From Candidatus Hermodarchaeota archaeon (lineage in GTDB: Archaea; Asgardarchaeota; Lokiarchaeia; Sigyniarchaeales; SOKP01): a stretch of DNA of 41,800 nucleotides. Below are positions 36,839-41,800 of the stretch, one piece after another; positions within the stretch are counted from its first letter, which is position 1, and the number at the start of each line of letters is the position of its first letter. The stretch is taken from NCBI GenBank assembly GCA_048885535.1, contig JBHLLO010000023.1, forward strand, positions 1 to 41,800. The letters run 5' to 3'. The position numbers and the translations under genes are program-made. The notes under the pieces are model-generated. The model had not been told where the DNA came from and ran no database searches. It saw only the letters and a list, made by a program, of their open reading frames with translations.

Positions 36839-37666
36839 TTATTTTAATGGATAACTTTTTTTACACTGATTGCCTGCTTCCTTTATCTCTTCGATAATAG
36901 ATTTTAGTGAAATTCCATTATCATGTAAGATGTTATTTTCCAAATAAGTCCCCATTACAATTATACTTGCTCCTGCTTCAATGAATTCTCGAGCAGTATC
37001 TCTACTAATAACACCTCCTCCGACAATTATAGGAATATTTAACATACCAGAGCAAAGTCGAATAATTTCTGAAGGCATTCGCTCACTCCCAGAGCCAGCT
37101 TCTAAATAAATCAATTTAAAACCAATCATTTCAGCTGCAAGAGAGTAAGCTGCCGTTAATTTCGGCTTATTCCGTGGAAGAAGCTTAGCTCGTCCAATCC
37201 AGCCAGCTGTGCCTCCAGGTTCAACTATTAAATAAGCTGTTGAAATTGGCTCGATATTCAAAACTTTAATTGTATATGAAGCAAGTGCTTGACTTCCTAT
37301 AATATTATTTATATCCTCGGAATTTAAGAGAGACATGAATAAGATGGCATCTGCCTCTTTAGAAATATTAGTAATTCCTCCAGGAAATATTATTACTGGC
37401 AAATCAACTTTTTCTTTTATGGCCAAAATTGTATCATCAACAAAACGTTGGTCAAACACTGTACTCCCTCCAATGAGAATAGCATCAGTCCCCGCCTCAT
37501 AAGCATATTCTGCTATCTTAGCTGCTTTTTTTGGACTTTGTTTGACTGGGTCAGGATCAATTAAGGAAAAATGTAAAGCACCTTGGCTATTAATCTTATT
37601 TATAATATATTTATAAGTGCTTATATTCATAGATTTACTTGTCAATATATCGACCATAAAATTCAC
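36839..37666 (-). CDS. Geranylgeranylglyceryl phosphate synthase (group II)
   Basis: LIDPD, TDAILIGGS, FPG, ADAILFMSLLNS, YLEAGSG and VGGG. The exact start is uncertain. Confidence 0.92.
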   Translation of the reverse strand: MNFMVDILTSKSMNISTYKYIINKINSQGALHFSLIDPDPVKQSPKKAAKIAEYAYEAGTDAILIGGSTVFDQRFVDDTILAIKEKVDLPVIIFPGGITNISKEADAILFMSLLNSEDINNIIGSQALASYTIKVLNIEPISTAYLIVEPGGTAGWIGRAKLLPRNKPKLTAAYSLAAEMIGFKLIYLEAGSGSERMPSEIIRLCSGMLNIPIIVGGGVISRDTAREFIEAGASIIVMGTYLENNILHDNGISLKSIIEEIKEAGNQCKKSYPLK

Positions 37667-37675
37667 ATTTAATAA

Positions 37676-39070
37676 TTAATTTACTTTTTTAGTATTTATT
37701 AACATTTTTCTAATTTTGTCGTAAACTTGAATTACTTTTTTTTTCCATTCTTCAAATTCAAAGATAGTTTCTGGAAATTTTTTGTATAAATTTGAAATTT
37801 CTTTCATTCTAATTCTTAAATAATTTAGGTCTAATAATAAGTTAGGTTGAGCAATTCCTTTGATTGCTTTATTTACCATACTCAGAAGATTTAGATTCAA
37901 ACCACCAGTTGATGAAATTTCCAATATTTCATCTCCAGTTAATAGATCCTTTTCCAACCCAAAATTTAGTTCATTGTTATTCAGCACTTGTAAAGTCATT
38001 CTAAGTAAGTCTAATGCTGCAAATTCTGCTCCAAAACTTGTCATGACCTTACTATTATATTCCCATAAAGTATTGATTGAGAAATCTTCCTTTTCAACCG
38101 CATTTAGGGAAGTTTCTGCTGCAAAAAATCCAGCTCTCATTGAAGGATCAATACCTCCACCATGTAGTGGATTTACTTGAGAAGCAGCATCTCCTATAAA
38201 CATTATTCCGTCATCTGCGCATGACCAGATAGGTCTTCTTACAGGTACGACACCTCCACCAGAAGAAATAATTTCATAATTTGACGTTTTTATGAATTCT
38301 TCAAATACATTTTTTCGATAATAATCCTTTATTTTACCTTTATATTCAGGGAAGGTACCTAACCCTATATTAACAGAAGACTCATTTTTAGGAAAGTACC
38401 AAATATAACCTCCTGGTGCTTTTTCTTGGTCTAAGATAATTGAAATATATTCTTGATCTTTTACTTCCTGATCTTTAGGTGAAAATTTAACAATTTCTCT
38501 AAAACATAAAATTATATCGCTCTGAGATATGCTCTTTTCAATTAATTCACTTTTTATTTTTTTTCGTAAAGGAGAATGAAAACCTGATGCATCAATAACA
38601 ATTTTAGATTTCAATTCTTTTTTTTCCCCACTTTTTAGTTTTACTTTTACACCGGAAACAGATTTTTTTGTATAAAGTAAATCTAAAACCATTGTATTAT
38701 CTAAAAATTGTGTAATTCCATGATCTAATGCCTCATTTAAGAGTCTTTGCCCAAATTCTTGTCTATTTACTATGTAGCCTGCTTGTTTTGGATCCATAAG
38801 CTCGATACATTTTTTCAAATTAGGGGAATATAGTTTAGCACCTTTTATGTGACAAGATAGCTCATTTCCCTTAGGGGGATTAAGTTTCAAAAACTCAAAT
38901 ATGTCAGTACCTACAGCATCCCCACATATTTTATCTCCAATTTTAGCTTTTTCTTTTCGATCAATAAGACACACATCTAACCCGCTTTTTGCTGCAAATC
39001 GAGCTGCTGTAGTTCCACCTGTACCTGAACCTACAATAATCAAATCAAAGGAACTTTTAATTGTTTCCAT
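37676..39070 (-). CDS. (Di)geranylgeranyl(glycerophospholipid) reductase, FAD-dependent
   Basis: G.G.GG, K.CGDAV, IDASG, PGGYIWYFPK, NIGLG and GDAA..VNP.HGGGI. Confidence 0.88.
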   Translation of the reverse strand: METIKSSFDLIIVGSGTGGTTAARFAAKSGLDVCLIDRKEKAKIGDKICGDAVGTDIFEFLKLNPPKGNELSCHIKGAKLYSPNLKKCIELMDPKQAGYIVNRQEFGQRLLNEALDHGITQFLDNTMVLDLLYTKKSVSGVKVKLKSGEKKELKSKIVIDASGFHSPLRKKIKSELIEKSISQSDIILCFREIVKFSPKDQEVKDQEYISIILDQEKAPGGYIWYFPKNESSVNIGLGTFPEYKGKIKDYYRKNVFEEFIKTSNYEIISSGGGVVPVRRPIWSCADDGIMFIGDAASQVNPLHGGGIDPSMRAGFFAAETSLNAVEKEDFSINTLWEYNSKVMTSFGAEFAALDLLRMTLQVLNNNELNFGLEKDLLTGDEILEISSTGGLNLNLLSMVNKAIKGIAQPNLLLDLNYLRIRMKEISNLYKKFPETIFEFEEWKKKVIQVYDKIRKMLINTKKVN

Positions 39071-39120
39071 TATGTTATCATTTAGTATAATTTTGGATAA
39101 TTCTTAAAGAATTGAATTTT

Positions 39121-39864
39121 TTATATGAGAGTTAATAGAAATATTATTAAAGTTGTTAAAATTGGCACAGTTAAATCATCCCAGGTACTTGGAGAGATTA
39201 ATTCAACAACAGTAGCTAATGCACTAGTAATGAAAGATATCAATAAAGCAAATTCAATTGAAATATGAGTTTGATATATTGGATTTGTAACTCCCAAAAG
39301 GGTAAATGCAATAAAGCATAGAATAAAGCCACTCCCAAAAAAAGATAGAGACCCCTCTAATGTTCTGGTTGCCTTTATCCATGGAATTTTTATTTTTATT
39401 CGTCCATATCTTTTTCCGATGATCGATGCGATTGTATCAGAAACAATCATAAGTAATATTCCAGCTATTGGAAAATATAATTGATCTGGAGCAAATATTA
39501 CAAATAAAGTTATCAATCCCGTAAGAGATAAACAATAGTGAAATGGACCTTGGAGATAACCTACTTTTTCCTCTGCCTCTTCTCCAATTGAATCATATAA
39601 TTCTTTTAACTGCTTTACTTTCGACTTTTTGGAACTAAATAATACTAAAACTGTGAGAGTGCCCGCAATTATCACTGGCCACCATTTCCATGCATAATAA
39701 GGACTTGAAAATACAGCTAATCCAGCAAATAAATGTACGATTTTTCTTGCTTGAAATTTTGAAATTTTATCTCTCTTTTTTAACTGAACAGGTATGAGGA
39801 TGGTCGCAAATATGTAAATGTATGTGAGCAGTACGATTATTAAATCAAATAAATAGGGATTCAT
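39121..39864 (-). CDS. CTP-dependent isoprenoid alcohol kinase (phytol/dolichol kinase, VTE5/SEC59 family)
   Basis: RKIVH, G..Y, D..A..IG.RYG, RT.EGS and E.ISP...DDL.VP; multi-TM. Confidence 0.82.
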   Translation of the reverse strand: MNPYLFDLIIVLLTYIYIFATILIPVQLKKRDKISKFQARKIVHLFAGLAVFSSPYYAWKWWPVIIAGTLTVLVLFSSKKSKVKQLKELYDSIGEEAEEKVGYLQGPFHYCLSLTGLITLFVIFAPDQLYFPIAGILLMIVSDTIASIIGKRYGRIKIKIPWIKATRTLEGSLSFFGSGFILCFIAFTLLGVTNPIYQTHISIEFALLISFITSALATVVELISPSTWDDLTVPILTTLIIFLLTLI

Positions 39865-40060
39865 TGAAACCGATTACATTTAAAATTAATTCTAATTATA
39901 CCAAAAAAAATTTTATTTTTTAAAAACAAAATGACACTATTCTGAGTATTAAATGTAATAAAGAGAGAGAAGGCTTTTTTTTAAATAAAACATTATTTAG
40001 TATAAAGTAATATAGACTCAATAGTCTGTAGAATTCCGATTATAATAAAAAAGTTAGAAT

Positions 40061-41269
40061 ATGACCCCCTTTTCACTACTAATAAAGCCTGCCTCTGCGG
40101 ATTGTAATTTACGATGTGATTATTGTTTTTATATTGATCATTTGAGTGTTAGAGAACCAAAACCAAGAATGTCAGAAGAAGTTCTTGAACATTTAATTGC
40201 AAGCTATATGAGAACTGATCAAAATAATCATTATGTTTTTGGTTGGCAGGGTGGAGAACCTACACTTATGGGATTGAATTTTTTTAAAAAAGTTGTGGAA
40301 CTTCAAATTGAATATGCTCCTCGAGGAAGTACAATAAGCAATGGACTTCAAACCAATGGAACTCTTATTACAGATGAATTTGCAAGATTTTTTGGAGAAT
40401 ACAAATTTCTATTGGGAGTTAGTTTAGACGGTCCAGAATCTCTACATGATTATTACAGAAAAACTATAGGTCAAAAACCCACACATTCATTAGTGATGCG
40501 CGGAATAAAAAAATTAAGAGAAAATAATGTTGAATTCAATATTTTAACCTTAATTAATGACCTGACCGTGAAAAAAGGCAAGGAAATATATCAATATTTA
40601 CGAGAAAATAGATTTTTCTACCAACAATATATTCCTTGTATTGAATTTGATGCTAATTTTAATCTAATGCCTTATTCGATAACTGGTGAAGATTGGGGGC
40701 AATTTTTGTGTGATATTTTTAATGAATGGGTTAAGAAAGATATTAATAATATATCTATTCGTTTATTCGATTCTATACTCGATTTCTTAGTAAATAAGAG
40801 ATATAATGTCTGCCATATGGGGAATAATTGCTGCCAATATTTTCTTATTGAATATGATGGGAGTGTGTATCCTTGCGATTTTTTTGTGAGGACCGATTTA
40901 CTTCTTGGAAATATTTTAAACAATACATGGGAGGATTTATTAGGCTCTCCTATTTACCATCAATTCGGAAATCAAAAAGCCCACTGGAATAATTCTTGTT
41001 TTTATTGCCAATATCTTATTTTTTGTCATGGAGATTGTCAAAAATTTCGTCCTGGAATTGTTCAGAATAAGAGGGTCTTAAGCTTCTTATGTGAGGGCTG
41101 GAAAAGATTTTATAAACATACACTACCATATTTTAAAATAATTGCAAATCAGATAAAAGAAAGTAAAACAACAAATATCTCAATCTCAAATAAATCAAAA
41201 AAAATTAGTAGAAATAAACCTTGTCCATGTGGAAGTGGTAAAAAGTATAAGAATTGTTGCTTAAAATAA
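40061..41269 (+). CDS. Anaerobic sulfatase maturase-like radical SAM/SPASM protein with C-terminal SEC-C motif
   Basis: KPAS.DCNLRCDYCFY, WQGGEPTL, QTNG, SLDGP, YPCDF, CxxC...C.G.C, and RN.PCPCGSGKKYK.CC. Confidence 0.9.
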   Translation: MTPFSLLIKPASADCNLRCDYCFYIDHLSVREPKPRMSEEVLEHLIASYMRTDQNNHYVFGWQGGEPTLMGLNFFKKVVELQIEYAPRGSTISNGLQTNGTLITDEFARFFGEYKFLLGVSLDGPESLHDYYRKTIGQKPTHSLVMRGIKKLRENNVEFNILTLINDLTVKKGKEIYQYLRENRFFYQQYIPCIEFDANFNLMPYSITGEDWGQFLCDIFNEWVKKDINNISIRLFDSILDFLVNKRYNVCHMGNNCCQYFLIEYDGSVYPCDFFVRTDLLLGNILNNTWEDLLGSPIYHQFGNQKAHWNNSCFYCQYLIFCHGDCQKFRPGIVQNKRVLSFLCEGWKRFYKHTLPYFKIIANQIKESKTTNISISNKSKKISRNKPCPCGSGKKYKNCCLK

Positions 41270-41327
41270 AAGTTTATAATACAATTAGAATTTGATAAGT
41301 TGAACAAATAAATTCAGACTTAAAATT

Positions 41328-41800
41328 ATGCTCAGAGTAGGGATAATCGGGTGTGGAGATATAGCTAATCTTAACATATTAGGATACCTATACTCTCAAG
41401 AAACAGAACTTGTCGCAGTTTGCGACAGTGATGTTAAAAGAGCCACTGAGAAGGTAGAACGTTGGGGATTAAGAATGATTAATATTTATAAAGATTATAA
41501 AAGGATGGTCGATAGAGAAGAGCTTGATATTGTAGAGGTTTTAACTCCCCATAATCTTCATGCTCCAATGACTGAATACTGTGCAAAAGCTGGAATTTCA
41601 GGTATTTCTGTCCAAAAACCGTTAGCTCACACCATTGAAGATTGTGATAGAATTATCCAAGTTTGTAAAGAACAAAAGGTTAAGTTAAAACTTTATGAAA
41701 ATTTTCGATTCTATCCTATTTTTTTAAAAGCAAAAGAGTTGCTGAATCAGGGAATTATTGGAGAACTCTTAAATTTTCGAATAAATACTATTGTAACTGG
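41328..41800 (+). CDS. Gfo/Idh/MocA oxidoreductase (5' part; truncated by window end)
   Basis: Manual translation: MLRVGIIGCGDIA..., LVAVCD, DIVEVLTPHNLH, VQKPLA and YENFRFYP. Confidence 0.88.
   Translation, partial: MLRVGIIGCGDIANLNILGYLYSQETELVAVCDSDVKRATEKVERWGLRMINIYKDYKRMVDREELDIVEVLTPHNLHAPMTEYCAKAGISGISVQKPLAHTIEDCDRIIQVCKEQKVKLKLYENFRFYPIFLKAKELLNQGIIGELLNFRINTIVT

Noticed and set aside
2685-40923. Short ORFs antisense to or overlapping real genes (e.g. 2685, 3126, 4863, 7865, 8345, 15958, 21818, 24984, 32342, 33504, 37860, 40672)
   Set aside because: They lie within well-supported CDSs and show no motifs.
1-41800. rRNA, tRNA, IS element or prophage
   Set aside because: No GC-rich structured segment, transposase, integrase or viral gene recognised by eye; a covariance-model scan would be needed to exclude small RNAs.

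Overview
AT-rich archaeal DNA, most consistent with an Asgard archaeon of the Lokiarchaeia type. That call is inferred from the archaeal AlaRS, ether-lipid genes, GGTGA Shine-Dalgarno motifs, FtsZ and eukaryote-like ubiquitin machinery. The main feature is a self-contained ubiquitin-like conjugation locus (about 9.1-15.6 kb). It encodes two paralogous acidic-tailed modifiers that end in a mature, non-diglycine ...PASTAG-stop, a 2-TM membrane protein carrying a third non-conjugatable copy of the same Ubl domain, and a winged-helix regulator. It also contains an operon of E1 (SUMO/NEDD8-E1-like active site), E2, a JAMM isopeptidase and a ~6-TM membrane protein with a C-terminal variant RING finger. 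This architecture resembles a membrane-localised, ERAD-like (Hrd1/Usa1-like) system. Downstream is a pterin/F420 cofactor cluster (mptA, arfC-like, cofG, cofH, DHPS-like, DUF1464, DUF447, mptD, mptG), in which mptA and the DHPS-like gene appear to start at non-canonical ATT codons. After that come PadR with two HAAS-type membrane proteins, an orphan adenine methyltransferase, and a four-gene ether-lipid operon. I saw no rRNA, tRNA, CRISPR array or transposase. All family calls come from motif recognition by eye; no database search was run.
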